Source of the DNA: a virus
IMG/VR virus record: IMGVR_UViG_3300005805_000050
Location: 32,001 to 96,000 of that record
Reading direction: 5' to 3' (one strand)
DNA: 64,000 nucleotides
The notes under the pieces were generated by a model. That model had not been told where the DNA came from. It did no database searches and was given only the letters and a program-made list of their open reading frames with translations. Shown piece after piece: positions 56,780-64,000 of this stretch. Every line of letters begins with the position of its first letter. The first letter of the stretch is position 1. A program made the position numbers and the translations under genes.

Positions 56780-57808
56780 ATGTTAACAGTTAATATGTTC
56801 GATAGGGGTTGCGCTCACATGTTCAATGGACAATACATGGATCCGTATCAAACTCCGTCTAAACGTATTAACGAAAAGATAAAGTGGATAAAACACCCCA
56901 CCAAAAATCAAGGCTTGGAAAAATGGGAAGGCATAACGGTAGTTGTAGACTCTTGGATACTGGAGGTGGGAGAAGATTTTTCCAGAAGCAATTTAATCAG
57001 TCGAGTAGATACGAAACACAAGATAGGAATACTCATAGAACCCATGTACACTCAAGCCTCGGAGTTAGAACACAATGTGTACATTAAAAATTTTGATGCT
57101 ATAAAAAATCACTATGATTTCATACTCACATGGAATTCATACTTGTTGAAAAAATATCCTGATCATACTAGACTTTGTCCCGCTGCTTACACGTGGGTAA
57201 AAAAGGAAAACATAGGTGTTCATAAGAAGACTAAAAATGTGTCTATGATATATTCGTACAAACAAGCTTACGAAGGTCATCTGATTAGACACTCTGTCGC
57301 AGAACACTATCAAAAGAAATACGATAGTTGGTTCGATGATATTAGACACGACTCTGTGAAACATACAGGAATATCAATGCAATTTCCGGAAATCGATCTA
57401 TACGGCACAGGGCAAAAAAATAGAGACGGCAGCATAAATTGGCAGAAGAGTCCTTACAGCAAACCCAATCAATTTTTACATGATAAAGAAGACGCATTGA
57501 AGGACTATCGTTTTTCTGTGGTCATAGAAAATGTAAACATCGACAACGGATTTACTGAAAAGTTTATAGACTGTTTGTTAACGGGCACTGTACCCATTTA
57601 TTGGGGAGTGGAGAATATAGGTGACTTCTTTGACATTAGAGGCATAGTGCAAGTTAAGAGCAAAGAAGATATAGTAAACGCAATTGATAATTTGACTGAG
57701 GAAGATTACGTACGAATGTTGCCTTACGTCAAACTTAATTTTCAAGAGGCTATGAAATACGAGTACTTTGAAAATTCTGTCTACGAAAACATAAAACACC
57801 TGATATGA
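56780..57808 (+). CDS. GT10-like glycosyltransferase
   Basis: YRFSVVIEN..FTEKFIDCLLTGTVPIYWG. Confidence 0.75.
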   Translation: MLTVNMFDRGCAHMFNGQYMDPYQTPSKRINEKIKWIKHPTKNQGLEKWEGITVVVDSWILEVGEDFSRSNLISRVDTKHKIGILIEPMYTQASELEHNVYIKNFDAIKNHYDFILTWNSYLLKKYPDHTRLCPAAYTWVKKENIGVHKKTKNVSMIYSYKQAYEGHLIRHSVAEHYQKKYDSWFDDIRHDSVKHTGISMQFPEIDLYGTGQKNRDGSINWQKSPYSKPNQFLHDKEDALKDYRFSVVIENVNIDNGFTEKFIDCLLTGTVPIYWGVENIGDFFDIRGIVQVKSKEDIVNAIDNLTEEDYVRMLPYVKLNFQEAMKYEYFENSVYENIKHLI

Positions 57809-58791
57809 AGATAGCATTTCTTACAGAGATGGGATTTAGAGGCAAGATACCTCACGATCACCCAAACATGAGGACTGAGTTTGCTTGGATGCATGCTATG
57901 GACGCAGAGCACAGAGATATAAGATACTACAAAGACCTACACGATTTTGATCACGTATTCATCATATTCCCTAAAGGGCGTTTATACTTATCCGCAGAAG
58001 GAAGCAAGATAAAGAACGATCACAACCCAGTATCAGATTTGCTATCAGCAAACATAATAGATCATTTGAAATCTAGAAACAAGAGAGTTTATTACATACA
58101 AGAAGGTCCATCTTGGTGGTTCAATGATTACGAGATTTACGACCAGATTCACTTCTTCAACTTACTTACTCAAGTGGATGCCATATTTTGTCACAATGAA
58201 AGCGACAAATCGTTTTATCAAGGTTTGGTAGGTACAAATAAAGTTCACGTGATGAGGTCACTGATGATAGATGACCAACTCAAATCTATACAGTCTAATA
58301 TAGAAGATAAGTGCATAATAGGGGGAAACTTCTCTCGTTGGTACGGAGGTTTTCAAAGTTACATGGTAGCGCAGCACTTTGAATTACCTATATGGGCTCA
58401 AACATCCCACTCAACGAGAGATTACGAAGATCAAATGGTGAATCACCTTCCTAGACTTCTGTGGAAAGATTGGATGCAAGCACTAAGTGGTTTCAAATTT
58501 GCAGTACACCTCATGCCAACAGTCGCAGCCGGAACATTCAGTTTGAATTGCGCCTATTTTGGTATACCATGCATAGGAAATGAGAGAGTAGACACACAAA
58601 AGATTTGCCACCCAGAATTATCTGTAGATGTCGAAGATGTCAAGAAAGCAAAAGACTTGGCCATAAAACTAAAGAGGGACCAATCATTCTATAATCATTG
58701 TAGCAAACTAGCCACTCAAAATTACGAAAAATACTATCGCATAGATTTTTTTAAGTCAGAAATTTTTAGTATATTACAACAATATGAGTAA
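57805..58791 (+). CDS. Putative GT-B glycosyltransferase
   Basis: 328 aa; C-terminal VHLMPTVAAGTFSLNCAYFGIPCIG; cluster context. Confidence 0.55.
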   Translation: MKIAFLTEMGFRGKIPHDHPNMRTEFAWMHAMDAEHRDIRYYKDLHDFDHVFIIFPKGRLYLSAEGSKIKNDHNPVSDLLSANIIDHLKSRNKRVYYIQEGPSWWFNDYEIYDQIHFFNLLTQVDAIFCHNESDKSFYQGLVGTNKVHVMRSLMIDDQLKSIQSNIEDKCIIGGNFSRWYGGFQSYMVAQHFELPIWAQTSHSTRDYEDQMVNHLPRLLWKDWMQALSGFKFAVHLMPTVAAGTFSLNCAYFGIPCIGNERVDTQKICHPELSVDVEDVKKAKDLAIKLKRDQSFYNHCSKLATQNYEKYYRIDFFKSEIFSILQQYE

Positions 58792-59644
58792 GGTATCTGT
58801 CTTTGGTGGATATGGGTTTATAGGAGGAAGGTACTCTGATATGTATTCCGATCAAGTGATAAGGATACACAGAGATCATCATGAACCTTCTACTAAAGAT
58901 ATACTGTATTTTATAAGTACCATAGATAACTATCACATACACGACAACATTCACATAGACGTTGACACTAATTTGACTGTGTTATTGAATGTGTTAGATA
59001 ACGTTAAGAAGAATTACACAGAGAAGGACAAACCAACCATAAATTTCATAAGCTCATGGTTTGTGTACGGCAAGAATAACAACATTCCATTTAGTGAGGA
59101 CTCTTACTGCAATCCCACAGGTTTCTATTCCATCACGAAGAGATGCGCTGAACAGCTATTGATTTGTTTCTGTGAAACTTTTGGGTATAACTATAGAATA
59201 ATCAGATTAGCGAATGTCATAGGAGAAGGCGATACGAAGATCTCTAAAAAGAAAAACGCCCTACAATTCTTTGTAAAGGAGATAGTTCGTAATAGAGACG
59301 TAGATCTGTATTACGGAGGAGATGTGTATAGAGATTACATATACGTGGACGATGTGTGTAGAGCCATAAATCTAATCTTACAAAAGGGTGAATTGAACAC
59401 CATATATAATATAGGAAGCGGAAAACCCTACAAATTCTTGGACATGATAAACTTCGCTATAGACTACGCGAAGTCCAAATCCAAAATAAACGACATCCCA
59501 GCCACAAGATTTCACAATATAGTGCAAGTAAGGAATTCGTACTTAGACGTTCAAAAACTGAAATCTCTTGGATTTGAACCAAAGTATGATATCAACTCAG
59601 CCATAATGCAATTAGTAGATTTTTACAAGAGAACAAACAAATGA
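58784..59644 (+). CDS. NAD-dependent epimerase/dehydratase (extended SDR)
   Basis: GGYGFIG, ISSWFVYG, YSITK and RDYIYVDDV. Confidence 0.9.
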   Translation: MSKVSVFGGYGFIGGRYSDMYSDQVIRIHRDHHEPSTKDILYFISTIDNYHIHDNIHIDVDTNLTVLLNVLDNVKKNYTEKDKPTINFISSWFVYGKNNNIPFSEDSYCNPTGFYSITKRCAEQLLICFCETFGYNYRIIRLANVIGEGDTKISKKKNALQFFVKEIVRNRDVDLYYGGDVYRDYIYVDDVCRAINLILQKGELNTIYNIGSGKPYKFLDMINFAIDYAKSKSKINDIPATRFHNIVQVRNSYLDVQKLKSLGFEPKYDINSAIMQLVDFYKRTNK

Positions 59645-59648
59645 ACAC

Positions 59649-60611
59649 ATGAAAAAGATAGTATACGTAACTGGATGTTTTGGATTTATAGGATCCTACA
59701 TAACTAGAGAGTGCCTTAAACTGGGATGGTATGTGATGGGAATAGACAAGTGCACGTACGCCTCGAACGAGGAACTAATATGGGATCTCTCAGCTGAATA
59801 TCCCGACACATTCTCTTTTATAAGAGAAGACATCAACGATCTTAAGTTTTTGTACGAGTGCGATTATATCATAAACACTGCCGCAGAAACCCACGTAGGT
59901 AATTCAATAGTCGACAGCAAAGAGTTCATGCATTCGAATGTACACGGCGTGTATAACTTACTTGAGCTCATAAAAAAGTATAGATTAGAGACAAGCAAAA
60001 AACCCGCGCTCTTACACCTCTCTACTGACGAAGTGTATGGAGATATAGAAGACGGATCTCATGCAGAGACAGACATGTTGAGACCTTCGAATCCTTATTC
60101 TGCCACTAAAGCCGCCGCAGACATGTTGATATTGGCTTGGGCAAGAACATACGATCTGCCGTATGTCATAGTTAGGCCAACAAATAATTATGGAAAAGGC
60201 CAATACGTAGAGAAGTTAATACCAAAAACTTGTAAAATGTTACACTTAGGTAAAAGAATACCTCTACACAACAATGGCACCCCAACAAGAAACTGGTTGC
60301 ACGCATCAGACACCGCAGAAGCTGTGATAAAGATAATAGAGTCTGGCAAAACCAATGAGATATACAATATCTGCGGAGGATTTGAACAAACCAATTATGA
60401 CACTGTTAAGAAGATAATCCAAACTTACTATAAAGACGAAACAGTGGATGTCAATAACTACTTAGATCTGTCCTATAAGAGACCGGGTGTGGATGTGAGG
60501 TATGCATTGGACGATTCAAAGCTGAGATCTTTGGGTTGGGAACCCAAGAAAAAATTTGACGAAGAACTTTCAGAAATCGTTGATCACTATAAAAATAATT
60601 TCATATGGTAA
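59649..60611 (+). CDS. rfbB: dTDP-glucose 4,6-dehydratase-like
   Basis: TGCFGFIG, AAETHV.NS, STDEVYG, PSNPYSATKA, NNYG..Q..EKLIP and RPG.D.RY. Confidence 0.85.
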   Translation: MKKIVYVTGCFGFIGSYITRECLKLGWYVMGIDKCTYASNEELIWDLSAEYPDTFSFIREDINDLKFLYECDYIINTAAETHVGNSIVDSKEFMHSNVHGVYNLLELIKKYRLETSKKPALLHLSTDEVYGDIEDGSHAETDMLRPSNPYSATKAAADMLILAWARTYDLPYVIVRPTNNYGKGQYVEKLIPKTCKMLHLGKRIPLHNNGTPTRNWLHASDTAEAVIKIIESGKTNEIYNICGGFEQTNYDTVKKIIQTYYKDETVDVNNYLDLSYKRPGVDVRYALDDSKLRSLGWEPKKKFDEELSEIVDHYKNNFIW

Positions 60612-61219
60612 CGCCTGAGTACTCCGTAGACTGGTTTAGTTTACACATTCCCAATTGGGACAAATTGTTTGATTACTACCAACTAAGAGGCAAAAATAAC
60701 CTCAGATTCTTAGAGATAGGATGCTTTGAAGGCAGATCTACCAATTACCTTTTAGACAATATATTAACGGGGGAGGGATCTTCTATAGATGTTGTAGATA
60801 CTTTTGGAGGGTCTAGAGACGAGGCTGGTATGAATTGGGATATTGATTATGATTTCAATGCACTCTACAAAAAGTTTGTACATAATATATCAAATCACAA
60901 AGACAAGGTGCACATACACAAAGGACTGTCAGGAGACATACTTAAAAAGGATTTTGTACCTAATACGTTTGACTTCATTTATATAGACGGATCACATACG
61001 GCGTACGATGTGTTACAAGACGCCGTACTTGCACATCCGCTATTAAAATCAGGAGGCATATTGATGTTTGACGATTTTGGCTGGAAAGACCCTAATAACC
61101 TGCATCCCACAAATAGTCCTGAAATGGGTATAACGTGCTTTTACAACGCGTATGAAATTTTCTACGAACCTATATTTCAAGGCTATCAAATAGCACTTAT
61201 TAAAAAACAGCAGTTATGA
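60605..61219 (+). CDS. Class I SAM-dependent methyltransferase (Methyltransf_24-like)
   Basis: LEIGCFEGRS, FDFIYIDGSH and LKSGG..MFDD. Confidence 0.88.
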   Translation: MVTPEYSVDWFSLHIPNWDKLFDYYQLRGKNNLRFLEIGCFEGRSTNYLLDNILTGEGSSIDVVDTFGGSRDEAGMNWDIDYDFNALYKKFVHNISNHKDKVHIHKGLSGDILKKDFVPNTFDFIYIDGSHTAYDVLQDAVLAHPLLKSGGILMFDDFGWKDPNNLHPTNSPEMGITCFYNAYEIFYEPIFQGYQIALIKKQQL

Positions 61220-61842
61220 ATAAAGAAGATCTAATAAACTTCGAAGAGGAAATTGCCAAACTATTCAATGCGGGCAAAATAAAATCCCCTGTGCATCTTT
61301 ATAGTGGAAATGAAGATCAGATCATAGATGTATTTCAAGCTATCGACATAGAAAATGATTGGGTCTGTGCAACTTGGAGAAATCATTATCAAGCGTTATT
61401 AAAAGGAATTCCAAAAGATGTGATAAAAGATCACATCATTAGAGGAAAATCCATGGTTATGAATTTACCAGAATATAAATTTGTATGCAGTTCTATAGTT
61501 GGAGGAATATTCTCTATAGCTACTGGAATTGCTTATTCTATAAAATTACAAAACAAGAAAGAGAGAGTTTGGTGTTGGGCTGGAGATATGTCGGCAGAAA
61601 CTGGAGCTTTTCATGAAGCTTACAAGTACAGTAAAAATCACAACTTGCCAATTATATTCGTTGTGGAAGATAACATGAAATCAGTACTAACTCCCACTAA
61701 TGAAATATGGAAAAGAGATACTCCCTACTACTTAGACAAAGAATACTCTAATGGAGTGGTAAGACAACCCCATCTATACTATTATCAATACAACAATCAA
61801 AAATATCCACACGCTGGAGCTGGGCAAAGAGTACAATTTTAA
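61216..61842 (+). CDS. ThDP-dependent enzyme, E1-alpha-like subunit
   Basis: PVHLYSGNE, ATWRNH, SSIVGG and GD.SAETG.FHEA...FVVEDN. Confidence 0.88.
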   Translation: MNKEDLINFEEEIAKLFNAGKIKSPVHLYSGNEDQIIDVFQAIDIENDWVCATWRNHYQALLKGIPKDVIKDHIIRGKSMVMNLPEYKFVCSSIVGGIFSIATGIAYSIKLQNKKERVWCWAGDMSAETGAFHEAYKYSKNHNLPIIFVVEDNMKSVLTPTNEIWKRDTPYYLDKEYSNGVVRQPHLYYYQYNNQKYPHAGAGQRVQF

Positions 61843-61845
61843 CAT

Positions 61846-62382
61846 ATGAGATACTTCGAAGAATTGAAACGGGCCATGACAATGTTATCTGAAAATCCCA
61901 AAACGATTTTTATAGGACAAGCCGTAAAATATGCAGGAACAGGATTATACGACTCACTCTGCCACGTACCAGAAGAAAAAAGAATAGAATTGCCAGTAGC
62001 GGAATATCTGCAAGCTGGCCTAGCTAACGGGATGGCCATAGAAGGGTTAATACCCATATCAGTGTATCCCAGATGGAACTTTTTATTGATGGGAACCGAT
62101 CAAATCGTAAATCACCTTGATAAGTTTGATAGTGTGTCTGACGGTAAATGTAAACCTAAAGTTATAATTAGAGTTGCGGTTGGTAGTGAAAGACCCATAG
62201 ATCCTCAGTGTCAACACAAAGGTAACTTCTCATCAGCATTCAAATCGATGTGCAAAAACATAAATATAGTGGAACTCATAAACGCAGAGGACGTAGTTAG
62301 AGAGTACGAATGGGCTTTGAATAGACCCGACGGAAAGAGCACTATATTAGTGGAATACGCAGATTACGCGAAAGAAAAATAA
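61846..62382 (+). CDS. ThDP-dependent enzyme, E1-beta/transketolase pyrimidine-binding subunit (no C-terminal domain)
   Basis: FIGQAV, ELPVAE..QAG.ANGMA, DQIVNH and PQCQH; only 178 aa. Confidence 0.85.
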   Translation: MRYFEELKRAMTMLSENPKTIFIGQAVKYAGTGLYDSLCHVPEEKRIELPVAEYLQAGLANGMAIEGLIPISVYPRWNFLLMGTDQIVNHLDKFDSVSDGKCKPKVIIRVAVGSERPIDPQCQHKGNFSSAFKSMCKNINIVELINAEDVVREYEWALNRPDGKSTILVEYADYAKEK

Positions 62383-62411
62383 ATCACAATAATTTACACA
62401 AACTACAAATC

Positions 62412-63173
62412 ATGAAATACTACGAAAAATCAAAATCAATTCCGGAATTATACTGTCCGGAAAAAACACTTAGTGAACTTGCGAATCATTATGAAACTGA
62501 CAAAGGCACTGCGGATTCTAAAACTTTGACTTGGGGATATTCTCACTCTGGACATTTTACCTGGGGATATACTGAAGTGTACGAAAAGTATATGAAACAT
62601 TTTAGAGACACTAAGGATCCTGTACAGTTTTTAGAAGTAGGCATTCTTGATGGTAGATTTCCTTTGGCTTCACCTAAAGTTTGGTTATCATATTTCAAAA
62701 ATCTAAATCTATACTGCATAGATAATTTTTGGGGCGCTCCTCCTAATGACGATATCGCAGCAGAAATATGTTCTCTAGGTGTCAACTTTTTCTACGCAGA
62801 TCAGGGATCTGAAGAACATTGGAATGAAATACAGAAACAAATTTCACAGCCGCTGGATTTTATAGTGGAAGACGGCAGTCATTGGCCTAATCACATGTTG
62901 TACACCTTGTGGAGAAGTATACCACTAATGAGGTCAGGAGGTTTCTATTTTATGGAAGATCTACAACATGAGACTACTCAAGGCGTGTATGGTTATAACA
63001 ATCACGATTTGTATCACTCAATGTTGAAATTCAAATCGACAGGGGTTTTTGAATCACAAATACTATCTTATGATATATGCAAAGACATAGAGTCGGCTTT
63101 TACCGTTACAGATATCCATTTAGGCGGACCTTCACACAATATCACAGTGCTTTGTGCACTACAAAAAAAATAA
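62412..63173 (+). CDS. SAM-dependent (sugar O-)methyltransferase-like protein
   Basis: ETDKG, YTEVYE, LEVGI, ADQG and FIVEDGSH follow the MycE/TylE-like pattern. Confidence 0.65.
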   Translation: MKYYEKSKSIPELYCPEKTLSELANHYETDKGTADSKTLTWGYSHSGHFTWGYTEVYEKYMKHFRDTKDPVQFLEVGILDGRFPLASPKVWLSYFKNLNLYCIDNFWGAPPNDDIAAEICSLGVNFFYADQGSEEHWNEIQKQISQPLDFIVEDGSHWPNHMLYTLWRSIPLMRSGGFYFMEDLQHETTQGVYGYNNHDLYHSMLKFKSTGVFESQILSYDICKDIESAFTVTDIHLGGPSHNITVLCALQKK

Positions 63174-63176
63174 CAT

Positions 63177-63977
63177 ATGAAGACGCGAGAATTCAAATGC
63201 GTAAAAATCCTCACCGATCTTATTGAGAGCGACGGCCTTATCGGGATAAAGACCAGTTTTGAAGACGAAGGCGCCATGTTCGATGAAACCATCAGACTCA
63301 AGGAAATCTGCAACCAAGCCAAGACAAAGGTAACTCTTAAGATAGGCGGGCCAGAGGCCATAAGAGACATCAAAGAGTCTTGTATTATAGGCGTTAAGGG
63401 ATTGGTGGCGCCCATGGTCGAATCCCCCTTTGGACTCAAGAAGTTCATTCAAGCTGTCAACAGTAATCTACCTAAGGACGTAGTGGATTCCCTACAGCTC
63501 AACGTAAACATAGAGACCATATCAGCGGCCAAGTCAGCTGATCAAATACTATCCATACCCGAGGCAAACCAACTTTACGGAGTTACTGTGGGCAGGGTAG
63601 ATTTGGTTTCCTCCATGGGAAAGGACAGAGCTTACGTGAACAGCGATGAAGTATTGTCCCTTGCGGAGAACGTTTTCACCTTCGCCAAAGAGAAGGGATT
63701 GAAGGCATGTTTGGGAGGCGCGGTTTCTACGGACTCTTATGAGTTCATCAAGAAGCTGCACTCTAAAAGGCTGTTGGACAAGTTTGAGACTCGTTACGCC
63801 ATCTTCGATCCTTCCATAGCGTTGAAGAATCTGTCTCGCGCCCTATCAAAAGCGCAGATGTTCGAGTACGAGTGGCTCATGGTTAAACACGAACACTACA
63901 CAGCTTACGCCAACCAAGACATTAAACGCATCAAAATGATCCAAGAGCGGATCAATCAATCGCTGAGTGTGGAATGA
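63177..63977 (+). CDS. HpcH/HpaI aldolase / citrate lyase family protein
   Basis: KIGGPEA, APMVES, NIET and VGRVDL..S. Confidence 0.75.
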   Translation: MKTREFKCVKILTDLIESDGLIGIKTSFEDEGAMFDETIRLKEICNQAKTKVTLKIGGPEAIRDIKESCIIGVKGLVAPMVESPFGLKKFIQAVNSNLPKDVVDSLQLNVNIETISAAKSADQILSIPEANQLYGVTVGRVDLVSSMGKDRAYVNSDEVLSLAENVFTFAKEKGLKACLGGAVSTDSYEFIKKLHSKRLLDKFETRYAIFDPSIALKNLSRALSKAQMFEYEWLMVKHEHYTAYANQDIKRIKMIQERINQSLSVE

Positions 63978-64000
63978 GGGTGCTCTTAACAGGCGGCAGT
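63974..64000 (+). CDS. Start of a 3'-truncated Rossmann-fold (SDR) enzyme
   Basis: ATGA overlap, then MRVLLTGGS, the opening of a TGGxGxxG motif. Confidence 0.7.

Noticed and set aside
61216-62382. Pyruvate dehydrogenase as an auxiliary central-metabolism gene
   Set aside because: Subunits are truncated, no E2/E3 genes are adjacent, and the pair sits among NDP-sugar genes.
728-63761. All minus-strand ORFs and the short out-of-frame plus-strand ORFs in the track
   Set aside because: They overlap well-supported + strand genes almost entirely and show no recognisable motifs, so they are treated as shadow ORFs.
1-64000. Genome-wide stop-codon reassignment, as seen in some large phages
   Set aside because: TAA, TAG (e.g. 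2469, 4670) and TGA (e.g. 7149, 8962, 37297) all end full-length conserved proteins under the standard code, and coding density is high.

Overview
This is a 64 kb segment of a large T4-like contractile-tailed phage genome, probably infecting Bacteroidota. The host inference rests on A-rich leaders that mostly lack a Shine-Dalgarno sequence and on a class Id-like RNR. All credible genes are on the + strand. The order is: glycosyltransferase/carbamoyltransferase locus (1-9 kb); tail operon with sheath, tube, chaperones, tape measure and baseplate (9-24.7 kb); replication genes including a short divergent PolA, SSB, recombinase, 5' exonuclease, helicase, NrdBA and full PolA (24.8-37.3 kb); a small late-promoter islet; Hsp20-GroES-GroEL; a tRNA-like RNA; a pyrimidine metabolism/modification module (41-44.5 kb); and an 18 kb nucleotide-sugar and glycosylation locus running off the window end. 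The strongest leads are: (1) a 108-nt tRNA-like RNA whose anticodon loop is replaced by a 30-nt structured insert; (2) a thymidylate-synthase homolog with the dCMP-specific Asp, near a PLP enzyme and in the same genome as a NodU-type carbamoyltransferase, suggesting cytosine hypermodification; (3) a second PolA that keeps both catalytic Asp but has an altered steric gate; (4) a conserved in-frame peptide repeat beyond a TGA stop; (5) a glycan system combining protein-O-glycosyltransferase-like genes with branched deoxysugar synthesis. All product calls come from motif recognition by eye; no database searches were run.
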